Shown in pieces: positions 1 through 9,242 of a DNA stretch of 64,000 nucleotides. The DNA lies in contig JBLYPW010000004.1 of assembly GCA_048538275.1 (NCBI GenBank), positions 7,567-71,566 of the forward strand. Direction: 5' to 3'. The notes under the pieces were generated by a model. It did not search any database. It saw nothing but the letters and a program-made list of their open reading frames with translations, and was not told the DNA's origin. The position numbers were made by a program, and so were the translations under genes. Each line of letters opens with the position of its first letter. The stretch's first letter is position 1. Source of the DNA: Candidatus Komeilibacteria bacterium (GTDB lineage: Bacteria > Patescibacteriota > Patescibacteriia > UBA1558).

Positions 1-113
1 TCGCTTTTGTTTTTCAAGGTATTAAACACAAAAGTGCTTCCATGTTTCTATCCATGTTGATTAGTTTAATAGAAACATCAACAATCATCATTACTGTTCT
101 CGTGCGAAGTTAG
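1..113 (+). CDS. 3' end of a small membrane protein (partial, runs off window)
   Basis: Open frame from nt 3, AFVFQGIKHKSASMFLSMLISLIETSTIIITVLVRS, ending TAG at 111-113; hydrophobic. Confidence 0.5.
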   Translation, partial: AFVFQGIKHKSASMFLSMLISLIETSTIIITVLVRS

Positions 114-146
114 TAATACCAAACCAACAAAAATACGGAGAGTATC

Positions 147-734
147 ATGTTTGATACCGCATTATTCGGTAAGTTGGCCGGTGGATTGTCAATCGCTGCC
201 TACTTCCCATTTATATTAGCCATACTACGTGGTACAGCCAGACCTAACCGAGCCTCATGGATTATATGGACTTTTATGTCTGGTTCCATTTTCTTCAGTT
301 ATGTAGCTGCTGGTGCTATGAACACAGCCTGAGTTCCCGCAGGATATACAATCGGTTCGTTTATCATTAGTCTCTTCTCCGTCAAATATGGTGAGGGCGG
401 ATGGACAAAACTCGACCGAAACTGTTTCCTTGCAGCGGCTATTGGACTGTTGCTGTGGTGGATTTCTGGATCACCTTTGTTCGCCTTGTTTATTAGCCTT
501 TCGGTTGATATCATAGCGTCTCTACCAACGATCAAAAAATCCTACAAAGATCCTCACAGTGAAGACAAGCTAACTTGGTTTTTATTCTGGGGAGGATCTC
601 TAGCAAATGTGCTAGCCATAGATGGTTGGACGTTTGAGATTTACTCCTACCCAATAGCGATGTTTGTACTAATTACTCTCATCGCCTCGCTTGTGATATG
701 GGATCGTGGCATTCCAAATCAAAATGAAAATTAA
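147..734 (+). pseudogene. Multi-TM membrane protein (PQ-loop-like CPR hypothetical family) interrupted by one in-frame TGA
   Basis: ORFs 147-332 and 450-734 share a frame; the sequence between is open (VPAGYTIGSFIISLFSVKYGEGGWTKLDRNCFL); single TGA at 330-332. Confidence 0.75.
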
Positions 735-742
735 CTTAAAAT

Positions 743-783
743 AAAGCGCCCCATCGATTAAACTCGATGAGGCGCTTTTTTTT
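743..783 (+). terminator. Intrinsic terminator
   Basis: AAAGCGCCCCATCGA..TCGATGAGGCGCTTT hairpin plus T-tract. Confidence 0.8.
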
Positions 784-799
784 ATTCTATAACGAGCCC

Positions 800-828
800 T
801 TGACAAATAATAACCTACCTGATAAAGT
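800..828 (+). promoter_or_regulatory. Sigma70-type promoter
   Basis: TTGACA-17 nt-TAAAGT with extended TG, upstream of AGGAGG and ATG 855. Confidence 0.6.
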
Positions 829-854
829 TGCCTTTCAATTAAAGGAGGAGGATA

Positions 855-1037
855 ATGAAAAAATGTACTTTACTAATTTTGATAATCATAATTTTGTCTT
901 CTTGCACAAACACAACAACTCGTAAAACCATACTTCACTGGCAAAAATCAAGAATTACAGTACGAGGGGAAAAGCATGAAAAAAATAATATCCGGCCTTG
1001 TCTTGGTTGGCATCGTTTTGAATTGGCTCGCTTGTGA
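855..1037 (+). CDS. Short putative lipoprotein (possibly a gene remnant)
   Basis: Strong SD AAAGGAGGAGG; signal peptide ending LSSC; overlaps the next ORF by 62 nt. Confidence 0.45.
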   Translation: MKKCTLLILIIIILSSCTNTTTRKTILHWQKSRITVRGEKHEKNNIRPCLGWHRFELARL

Positions 1038-1338
1038 AATTGAGCCAGAACCGAAACAGCAAATTTCGGCAAAAATCTACATTTGCCAACTAGAAAAAAA
1101 CAAAAATGGTCAAACTGTTGGTACAATAGTGTTTTGTAAAAAACCAGAAATAATCTGGCGAAACAAAACTCATATTGTTGATTTCCTTTGGCAAGCCACT
1201 TTTCAATGCTCAATACCGCCAAATATGATAGGATCATTCAATACCGCCGCCTTAACCATAATGATAACCGGCTTAGAACCCGTTCCTGAAGCTATTATTA
1301 CCAATATCACAGCCTTGGAAACAGCCGTTAAAATTTAG
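976..1338 (+). CDS. Hypothetical exported protein or lipoprotein
   Basis: SD GAGGGG; MKK plus hydrophobic stretch and LAC; followed by a terminator. Confidence 0.6.
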   Translation: MKKIISGLVLVGIVLNWLACEIEPEPKQQISAKIYICQLEKNKNGQTVGTIVFCKKPEIIWRNKTHIVDFLWQATFQCSIPPNMIGSFNTAALTIMITGLEPVPEAIITNITALETAVKI

Positions 1339-1357
1339 TGAATTTGATCAATAATAC

Positions 1358-1393
1358 AAAAACGCCTTGCATAGACCAAGGCGTTTTTATTTT
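1358..1393 (+). terminator. Intrinsic terminator
   Basis: AAAACGCCTTG..CAAGGCGTTTT hairpin plus T-rich tail. Confidence 0.75.
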
Positions 1394-1649
1394 CCTAATA
1401 TATAAACAAATAAATAAATCACGCATAAACTAATATCAAATTAGACAAAAGGCGCGGAACGCCAAAACAACCAATTCATAAAAAGAACACGGTTGAAATG
1501 CAAACAATATGAAAGCGTCTAGTATGATGCTGGCTATAATGCCTTTGTGTGGCGCCTTGAATGTGGCGGGTATTTTTAAATTATTGAAAAAGAAAAATTA
1601 AATTTTGCAGCAAATAATGGTATAATAATATCAACAAAAGGAGGGTGTG

Positions 1650-1763
1650 ATGGATCTAGAGTCTATTGAAACTTTAAAAACGCTCTTACTGCTTGTGGCT
1701 GGCATTTCTACTACCAGCCTAATAACAATATTGTGGGTTACACACAAAAGGAAAACGTCGTAA
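1650..1763 (+). CDS. 37-aa single-TM small protein (not in ORF track)
   Basis: TGGTATAAT extended -10 at 1618-1626; SD AAGGAGGG; MDLESIETLKTLLLLVAGISTTSLITILWVTHKRKTS; hairpin at 1751-1777. Confidence 0.55.
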   Translation: MDLESIETLKTLLLLVAGISTTSLITILWVTHKRKTS

Positions 1764-1866
1764 AATACGGCGTTTTCTACTTTCTCAAACCATAAAATAA
1801 TGGTAAAATGTATACATATTATGCCCCATTCAAAATTTATAAATACACGATTAAACTATTGAAAAA

Positions 1867-2126
1867 ATGACCACATATTTTGCATATATACTACGAGGCA
1901 GGAAAGACAACAAGTCCTATACTAGCTCAACAGCAGATATAAAAAGAAGAGTCAAAGAAAGCGATGCTGAGTTTATAAAAGCTACCAAAACTAAAAGACC
2001 CTTCACTACAATCTACGGTAAAACCCGCCTAAACAAACAGGACGCATTAGCTAAAAAAAATATTTAAAATCTGGAACGGACAAAAGATACATAAACAACA
2101 AGCTTAAAGCTTTTTTAAATCTCTAA
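1867..2126 (+). pseudogene. Degenerate small GIY-YIG nuclease, frameshifted in an A8 run
   Basis: YFAYILRG..KSYTSSTADIKRRVKE..TKTKRPF; the -1 frame after A8 (2053-2060) gives KYLKSGTDKRYINNKLKAFL, a typical C-terminus for the family. Confidence 0.7.
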
Positions 2127-2132
2127 CGGGGT

Positions 2133-4862
2133 ATGCCAAAAAAACAAGAAAAATTAATAATCATAGATGGCCATGCTTTGCTTCATAGAGCCTGGCACGC
2201 ATTACCGCCGTTGCGCACTAAAGACGGCACGATGGTTAATGCTATTTATGGTTTTACCTCAATCTTATTAAAAATAATCAAAGAATTTGAGCCGGAATAT
2301 ATTGCCTGTACTTTTGATCTAAAAGGGCCTACTTTCAGACACGAAGAATTTACAGATTATAAAGCGCAAAGAGAGGCTCCGCCAGACGAATTCATTGATC
2401 AAATACCTCTAATATATGAAATATTAGAAGTTTTTAATATTCCCATCTATACAGCAAAGGGTTATGAAGCGGATGATGTAATTGGCACCTTGGTTCATAA
2501 AATGAACGCCAGTAAGCCGGACTTAAAATGTATCATAGTAACTGGCGATATGGATGCCCTCCAACTAGTTAATAAAAATAATAGCGTCTTTACTATCAGA
2601 AGAGGTATTACTGATACCATTATTTATGATGAAGCGGCTGTTATTAAGCGCTATGGCTTTAAGCCAAAACAAATCATAGATTTCAAAGCTTTAAGGGGTG
2701 ACCCTTCAGATAATATTCCGGGGGTCAATGGTATCGGCGAAAAAGGCGCTACCGAGCTAATTAAAAAATTTAACAGCCTTGATGGTATTTACAAAGCCTT
2801 GGCTAAAACTAATAAAATATCTGATCGCCATAAACAATTATTACAAGAACAAAAGGAACAAGCTTATCAAAGTTATAAACTAGCCACCATTATAACCAAT
2901 ATAAAACTAGATGTTTCTTTAAAAGATATGAAAACTACTGGCTTTGATCCAGAAAAAGTATATAAAGTATTTCAAAAATTTGAATTTAAAAGCCTACTAA
3001 ATAAAATACCAACCAAATTAGCTAAGGGCAGCAAAACTCATGACCTTGAACAGTATGCATCTATAGCACAAAAGAAAATGAGCAGCGGTTATAATCTAAT
3101 TGATAATGATCGCGACTTTAATAATTTTTTTGAACAGCTAAAAAAACAATCTATCTTTGCTTTTGATACAGAAACATCAAGCTTAAATCCTCTAACCGGC
3201 ACATTGCTTGGTATTAGTTTTTGTTGGCAAGCTGGTACAGCCTATTATTTAAACACAAAAGATCATAAACACTGGCTAAAACAACTAGGGCCTGTGTTTA
3301 TGAATGAGAAAATAAAAAAAATTGGGCAAAATCTCAAATTTGATTATAAGGTGATAAAAGTAGCTGGCCTAGAAATTAACAATCTTTTCTTTGATACTCT
3401 TTTGGCTGCCTACATAATTTTGCCACCGGGGCGCAGCTTAAAGCTTGATGATTTAGTTTTTTCCGAGTTTGGTTACAAAATGCAACCTATCACTGATTTA
3501 ATCGGACCTAAAGGAAAAAAACAATTGTCTATGGCAGATATAAGTGTTGATCAAATCTCACCCTATGCTTGCGAAGACGCAGATTATACTTGGCGATTAT
3601 TTAAAATATATTACGATCGCCTCAGCCAAGACAATATGCTAGCCTTGCTACAAAACATAGAGATGCCGCTTATTAAAATATTAGCAGATATGGAATTGTC
3701 AGGCATTGCCATTGATAAAGCGTTTTTGAACAAGATGAATAAAGATTTAACCGCAAAAATCAAAGTTATTGAAACAAAAATATATAAATTAGCTGGAGAG
3801 GAATTTAACGTTGCCTCCCCTAAACAGTTAAAAATAATATTGTTTGAGAAACTCAAAATATCATCAGCTGGACTCAAAAAAACAAAAACTGGAATCTCTA
3901 CGGATGCCGCCCAGCTAGAGAAAATGAGGGGCCTACACCCTATCATTGATCTGATCGCAGATTTTAGGGAATATTCTAAACTAAAAAACACCTATCTAGA
4001 TGCACTACCGCGGCTTATTAATCGCAAAACGGGTCGTGTACATACAAACTATAACCAAGCCGTCACAGCCACCGGCAGACTCTCATCATCTGATCCAAAT
4101 TTACAAAATATTCCTATCCGTACAGAAATCGGTCGCGAAATCCGTAAAGGCTTCATTGCTAAACCGGGACACAAATTGATTGGCGCGGACTACTCCCAAA
4201 TTGAATTGCGCATCATATCTTCACTAGCTAATGATCCCAAAATGATAGCCTCCTTCAAAAAAGGAGAAGACATACACAAGCGTACAGCTGCTGAAATAAA
4301 TCATATTAAACTTACAGAGGTAACTTTTGAACAACGCTATCAAGCTAAGGCTATCAATTTTGGCATCATATATGGACTGGGTGCTACGGGCTTGGCTAGA
4401 AGTACAAATCTAAATCGCAACGAAGCAAAAACATTTATAGAAAACTATTTACAATTATATAAGGAAATAAAAAAATACTTAGAACAAACTAAAAAATTTG
4501 CTCATGATCACGGCTATGTCGAAACGCTATTTAAACGTCGCAGATATTTGCCGGATATAAATTCTAAAGTTCCTTTTCTTTTGGCTGCTGCTGAACGAAT
4601 GGCAATTAATATGCCCGTTCAAGGTACAGCTGCCGATATTATGAAAATAGCCATGATAAAACTCTGGCAAGCATTACCAAACATATCTCCCCAATCAAAA
4701 TTATTATTACAAGTTCATGATGAGGTGGTAATTGAAACCCCTGATGGCGATGTTAAAAAAGTCACCAATTTTGTTAAAAAAACAATGGAAACTGCTTACA
4801 CATTAAAAGTGCCAATCAAGGTTGATATTAACTCTGGTCAAAATTGGGGAGAGCTTAAATAA
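2133..4862 (+). CDS. polA: DNA polymerase I
   Basis: 5'-3' exonuclease (IIDGH, YEADD, GDPSDNIPGV), intact 3'-5' exonuclease (DTET, YACED), polymerase motifs DYSQIELR, KAINFGIIYG, QVHDE. Confidence 0.99.
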   Translation: MPKKQEKLIIIDGHALLHRAWHALPPLRTKDGTMVNAIYGFTSILLKIIKEFEPEYIACTFDLKGPTFRHEEFTDYKAQREAPPDEFIDQIPLIYEILEVFNIPIYTAKGYEADDVIGTLVHKMNASKPDLKCIIVTGDMDALQLVNKNNSVFTIRRGITDTIIYDEAAVIKRYGFKPKQIIDFKALRGDPSDNIPGVNGIGEKGATELIKKFNSLDGIYKALAKTNKISDRHKQLLQEQKEQAYQSYKLATIITNIKLDVSLKDMKTTGFDPEKVYKVFQKFEFKSLLNKIPTKLAKGSKTHDLEQYASIAQKKMSSGYNLIDNDRDFNNFFEQLKKQSIFAFDTETSSLNPLTGTLLGISFCWQAGTAYYLNTKDHKHWLKQLGPVFMNEKIKKIGQNLKFDYKVIKVAGLEINNLFFDTLLAAYIILPPGRSLKLDDLVFSEFGYKMQPITDLIGPKGKKQLSMADISVDQISPYACEDADYTWRLFKIYYDRLSQDNMLALLQNIEMPLIKILADMELSGIAIDKAFLNKMNKDLTAKIKVIETKIYKLAGEEFNVASPKQLKIILFEKLKISSAGLKKTKTGISTDAAQLEKMRGLHPIIDLIADFREYSKLKNTYLDALPRLINRKTGRVHTNYNQAVTATGRLSSSDPNLQNIPIRTEIGREIRKGFIAKPGHKLIGADYSQIELRIISSLANDPKMIASFKKGEDIHKRTAAEINHIKLTEVTFEQRYQAKAINFGIIYGLGATGLARSTNLNRNEAKTFIENYLQLYKEIKKYLEQTKKFAHDHGYVETLFKRRRYLPDINSKVPFLLAAAERMAINMPVQGTAADIMKIAMIKLWQALPNISPQSKLLLQVHDEVVIETPDGDVKKVTNFVKKTMETAYTLKVPIKVDINSGQNWGELK

Positions 4863-5088
4863 AAAATCATATCTTTAAGCAAGCCAACTATTCACGTCAA
4901 CCTGCCAATCCAAACCACTAAACAAACAAGAAGTTCAGCTGTAATAATCAAAAACAAACACAAATCAATAGTTTTTTCCATATTAGCAGATGTAGCTATT
5001 TGATTGATTGTCAAAACAGCATTTTCATAGTATCTTAACTTTGCTGGGGAACAAAGAATCCAACCAAATTAATATACTCGCATTATTT

Positions 5089-6057
5089 ATGATTTTTTTC
5101 TTTTATGGCGACGACACTTATCGCTCTTATGCCAAAATAAAACAAATCCGTGATAAATTTCGTCAAGAAGTTGATCCTAGTGGTTTTAATATTTTATTAT
5201 TGGACGGGGCAGAAATAAAACTGGAGGATTTTAATGCCGCTGTTAGTCAAGCCGGTTTTTTGGCTAATAAACGTTTAATTATTATAAAAAATATTTTTAA
5301 TAATAAGTCTCTAAACAATTGGCGAGATGAAATTATTGCTTACCTAAATAGGCAAACTGACAGCCCGGAAGAAAATTATCTGCTCTGGTGGCAGGCCGGT
5401 ATACCAGACAAACGCAATGCTTTATTCAAAAAACTATCAAGCTATAAATTTTCACAACAATTTGATCCATTGACTGATAATAAATTACTACAATGGATAA
5501 TGCATACATGCCAAGAACAAAACGTACAAATTACTAAGCCCGCTGCGCATGAATTGGTCGCTATCGTCGGCAATAATCTCTGGCAACTTAGTCAAGAAAT
5601 TGCCAAACTTGCCAATTATAAACCCAATCAATTAATAACTCCGGCCGACATTGAATTGTTAGCACACGGTCAGACAAATGAAAACATTTTTATTCTCAGC
5701 GACGCCGTCGCCCAACAAAACAGGGCAAAGGCTTTAAAACTATTAAACAATCAAATAAATGCCGGTCTGAATGAACAATATTTACTAACCATGATCATTC
5801 GTCAATTCCGTATTCTCATCCAATTAAAATCACTGCTCAATAGCGGCATAGCGCCCAATAAACTGGCCAGTGCCGCCGCTCTTCATCCTTTTGTTGTCAA
5901 AAAAGCGCAAGCACAAATACAAAAATACAATTTGCAACAATTGACTGATATTTATCATCGTTTACTAAAAACCGACTTAGAACTGAAATCAACTAATATA
6001 AATTCCAAGATCCTCTTAAATAAGTTAATCATAAAAACCAGTCCGCCCAGCGAGTAA
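5089..6057 (+). CDS. holA: DNA polymerase III delta subunit
   Basis: MIFFFYGDDTY start, FLANKRLIII, GNNLWQLSQEIAKL, LHPFVVKK, DLELKS; start moved to ATG 5089. Confidence 0.92.
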   Translation: MIFFFYGDDTYRSYAKIKQIRDKFRQEVDPSGFNILLLDGAEIKLEDFNAAVSQAGFLANKRLIIIKNIFNNKSLNNWRDEIIAYLNRQTDSPEENYLLWWQAGIPDKRNALFKKLSSYKFSQQFDPLTDNKLLQWIMHTCQEQNVQITKPAAHELVAIVGNNLWQLSQEIAKLANYKPNQLITPADIELLAHGQTNENIFILSDAVAQQNRAKALKLLNNQINAGLNEQYLLTMIIRQFRILIQLKSLLNSGIAPNKLASAAALHPFVVKKAQAQIQKYNLQQLTDIYHRLLKTDLELKSTNINSKILLNKLIIKTSPPSE

Positions 6058-6079
6058 CACTAGAGGGCGGACTGGTTTA
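6032..6079. terminator. Bidirectional terminator between convergent holA and rpsT
   Basis: AAACCAGTCCGCCC..GGGCGGACTGGTTT inverted repeat overlapping the holA stop. Confidence 0.7.
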
Positions 6080-6099
6080 AAATATAAATATTAGCTCGT

Positions 6100-6369
6100 T
6101 TATTTACTAGAACGAGTTTTTATTTTTTTAGCTAAGCGCGACTTGCGACGTGCAGCAGTATTTTTTTTGACCTTACCGGTTTGCACGGCCTTATCAATCT
6201 TCTTCTGATAGTCGGCCGCTAATTTTGCCACCTTGGTCATATCATCACCGTCTAAAGCCTTATCAATCTTTTTTGCCAAATCCTTCAACTCGCGTTTCGC
6301 TCGCAAGTTAACCACACTAGATTTTTTGGACTGACGCAAATCTTTATAAGCAGCTTTCTTAACTGGCAT
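6100..6369 (-). CDS. rpsT: 30S ribosomal protein S20
   Basis: MPVKKAAYK..IDKAVQTGKVKKNTAARRKSRLAKK. Confidence 0.95.
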   Translation of the reverse strand: MPVKKAAYKDLRQSKKSSVVNLRAKRELKDLAKKIDKALDGDDMTKVAKLAADYQKKIDKAVQTGKVKKNTAARRKSRLAKKIKTRSSK

Positions 6370-6451
6370 TTTATATTATCTTAAAAATTAAAATGATAGT
6401 TATTAACTATTGCTGGCTAAAACTTTAGCACAAAGCCAAAATAAAATCAAG

Positions 6452-7126
6452 CTATTTTGACGGCCATAAAAATTGTGTCCAGTTCTCCTGATTTAGCTGG
6501 TCAAGTTGGGTGGCTTTTTCTACAGAAAAATCACCAATACTAAGACGGCGCAATTCATAAACCACCGCCCCCGTACCCAACTCCTGACCAATATCATGTA
6601 CCAAAGAACGAACATAGGTGCCAGAACTACAGCTTATCAATAACTCAAGCCAAGGATAAGAAAAATCCTCAATCTCTAATTTACTAATAATAATCTCCGC
6701 CGGCTGACGTTTTATCTCCTTGCCTTGCCGAGCTAATTCGTACAGTTTCTTACCCTTTACTTTTTTAGCAGAAAACATCGGTGGCACTTGCTGCTGAGAA
6801 CCTGTAAATTTTTCTAAAGCTTTATCAATCTGCTCGCGACTTATTTTCTGTTCTGAAAAAAACTTAACCCGACCATCGGCATCATAACTATCCGATACCT
6901 CGCCCAACTTAGTGCGCGTCGTATAAACTTTTGACAATTTAACATAGTGGCTAATGCGCTTAGTAGCCTCTCTGCCAATGGCCACTATCAATAATCCGGT
7001 AGCTAATGGATCTAAGGCACCCGCATGGCCAATTTTTTTTATTCCCGTAATGGTACGCAGGCGCGCCACCACGTCAAATGATGTCCAACCCTTAGGTTTA
7101 TCTATTAATAAAAATCCATTACCCAT
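6452..7126 (-). CDS. truB: tRNA pseudouridine(55) synthase
   Basis: IDKPKGWTSFDVV, GHAGALDPLATG, PPMFSAKK, SGTYVRSL. Confidence 0.97.
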   Translation of the reverse strand: MGNGFLLIDKPKGWTSFDVVARLRTITGIKKIGHAGALDPLATGLLIVAIGREATKRISHYVKLSKVYTTRTKLGEVSDSYDADGRVKFFSEQKISREQIDKALEKFTGSQQQVPPMFSAKKVKGKKLYELARQGKEIKRQPAEIIISKLEIEDFSYPWLELLISCSSGTYVRSLVHDIGQELGTGAVVYELRRLSIGDFSVEKATQLDQLNQENWTQFLWPSK

Positions 7127-9188
7127 TATTGCGTCTTTTACTGCTTAAACGTTTAATCTCATCGCGCAAATAAGCCGCTGTTTCAAAATCAAGATTAGCG
7201 GCTGCTATTTCCATTTTATCTTTCATTTCTGACAATAATTGATTACGAGCTAGGCTATCCATTTTATTCCACTCGGCGGTAGCTGCGGTCAATTCTGAAG
7301 GAGCCTTTACTTGTCGTTTGGTGCCTAATTCCTTTTGAACGCCACGCGGTTTAATATTGTTCTTTTTATTATAATCAGCCTGAATTTTACGGCGACGCTC
7401 TACTACCGCCAAAGCTCGCTGCATAGAACCGGTCTTTTTGTCAGCATACATTATCACTCGCCCGGCCACGTGTCGCGCCGCCCGGCCCATGGTTTGAATT
7501 AAAGAGGTCTCCGAACGTAAAAAGCCTTCCTTATCAGCATCCAAAATTGCTACCAAAGAAACTTCTGGCAAATCCAAGCCTTCTCGCAATAAATTAATAC
7601 CCACCACTACATCTACTTGGCCACTACGCAAATCATACAAAACATCCAAACGCTCTAAAGTATCTACTTCCGAATGAAGGTAATGCACTTTTATCTGTAA
7701 ATCCTGTAAATACTCAGCTAAGTCTTCTGCCATACGCTTAGTTAGGGTGGTCACTAATACTCGCTGCTTCTCTTTTATAGTTTTTTTAATTTCTGCCAAT
7801 AAATCATCAATCTGGTATTTGGTGGGGCGTATTTCTACCACCGGATCCAATAAGCCGGTCGGGCGCAATAGTTGCTCCGCCACTCGAGAATCCGGTTGCT
7901 CAGCCAAATGACTAACCGCCTGCCAATCCACTCGCCAACCAGTTCCGGTGGTATCAACTGGGACATTACATTGTTTCCATTCATAGGGTCCGGGAGTAGC
8001 TGATACGTAAATAACCTGATTCACCTTCTGTACAAACTCATCAAATTGCAGGGGGCGATTATCCAAAGCCGAGGGCAGGCGAAAACCAAAATCAATCAAT
8101 GTATTCTTACGCGCCCGATCACCATTATACATAGCGCCGATCTGGGGCACCGTCATGTGTGATTCATCAATGAAAAGCAAATAATCATCGGGAAAATAAT
8201 CCATCAAAGTATAAGGCGCCTGACCTGCTTGGCGACCATCAAAATAGCGAGAATAATTTTCAATACCATTACAATAACCTACCGACTGAATCATTTCCAG
8301 ATCATATTGCGTGCGTTGCGCTAACCGTTGGGCGGCTAATTCATTGCCCTGCGCTTTAAGACTGCGTAATCTAATAGCCAAATCTCGTTTAATATCACCA
8401 ATTATACTTTTTAATTTTTCTGGAGTGGTTAAATAATGTTTGGCCGGAAAAATTTCTATTTCTTTTAACGGTTGCTCAGTCAAAACCTTGCCAGTCAATG
8501 CGTCACACTGATTAATAGCATCAATTTTATCTCCCCAAAATTCTATCCGCCAATAATAGTCAAGAGTAGCTGTAGGAAAAATATCTACCACATCACCCTT
8601 CACCCGAAAAATACCCCGCCGGTATCCATTATCCTGACGCTCGTATTGCAACTTAACTAACTGACGCAATACCTCTTGCCGATCATGCTCGGTATTGATT
8701 TGTAAACCAAAGCTCAGATCTTGATAGTCCCGCGGATTTCCTAAATTATAAATACAAGAAACCGACGCCACGATAATAACATCACGTCGCGATAAAACTG
8801 CTTGCGTGGAAGCGTGGCGCAACCGATCAATTTCTTCATTAATTTGCGTTTCCTTCTCAATATAAGTATCCGTGCGGGGAATATAAGCTTCCGGCTGATA
8901 ATAATCATAATAACTGACAAAATAGTGCACGGCGTTCTCCGGAAAAAAGCGCTCAAATTCAGCTGCCAACTGCGCCGCTAAAGTCTTATTATGAGAAATA
9001 ATTAAAGTGGGGCGCTGTTGCTGCGCAATTATATTGGCCATGGTAAAAGTTTTACCTGAACCGGTTACGCCCAATAATATTTGATCTCTTACTTTCTTAT
9101 TCAAACCATTGTCTAGCTTAGCGATCGCTTGCGGCTGATCGCCTCTGGGTTTAAATTTTGATTTTAAAACAAATTTTTTCTCCTGCAT
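7119..9188 (-). CDS. uvrB: Excinuclease ABC subunit B
   Basis: GVTGSGKT, YYDYYQPEAY, DESH, RPTGLLDP, C-terminal UVR domain. Confidence 0.99.
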   Translation of the reverse strand: MQEKKFVLKSKFKPRGDQPQAIAKLDNGLNKKVRDQILLGVTGSGKTFTMANIIAQQQRPTLIISHNKTLAAQLAAEFERFFPENAVHYFVSYYDYYQPEAYIPRTDTYIEKETQINEEIDRLRHASTQAVLSRRDVIIVASVSCIYNLGNPRDYQDLSFGLQINTEHDRQEVLRQLVKLQYERQDNGYRRGIFRVKGDVVDIFPTATLDYYWRIEFWGDKIDAINQCDALTGKVLTEQPLKEIEIFPAKHYLTTPEKLKSIIGDIKRDLAIRLRSLKAQGNELAAQRLAQRTQYDLEMIQSVGYCNGIENYSRYFDGRQAGQAPYTLMDYFPDDYLLFIDESHMTVPQIGAMYNGDRARKNTLIDFGFRLPSALDNRPLQFDEFVQKVNQVIYVSATPGPYEWKQCNVPVDTTGTGWRVDWQAVSHLAEQPDSRVAEQLLRPTGLLDPVVEIRPTKYQIDDLLAEIKKTIKEKQRVLVTTLTKRMAEDLAEYLQDLQIKVHYLHSEVDTLERLDVLYDLRSGQVDVVVGINLLREGLDLPEVSLVAILDADKEGFLRSETSLIQTMGRAARHVAGRVIMYADKKTGSMQRALAVVERRRKIQADYNKKNNIKPRGVQKELGTKRQVKAPSELTAATAEWNKMDSLARNQLLSEMKDKMEIAAANLDFETAAYLRDEIKRLSSKRRNNG

Positions 9189-9196
9189 AATGGTAA

Positions 9197-9230
9197 AAAA
9201 CTCCCGCGTAATATATTACACGGGAGTTTA
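9197..9230 (-). terminator. Hairpin/terminator between the HATPase gene and uvrB
   Basis: AAACTCCCG..CGGGAGTTT inverted repeat. Confidence 0.55.
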
Positions 9231-9242
9231 TCATAAATACTA

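Noticed and set aside
7005-7035. TruB motif GHAGALD lacking Thr
   Set aside because: GALD also occurs in active TruB (E. coli); the catalytic Asp is present
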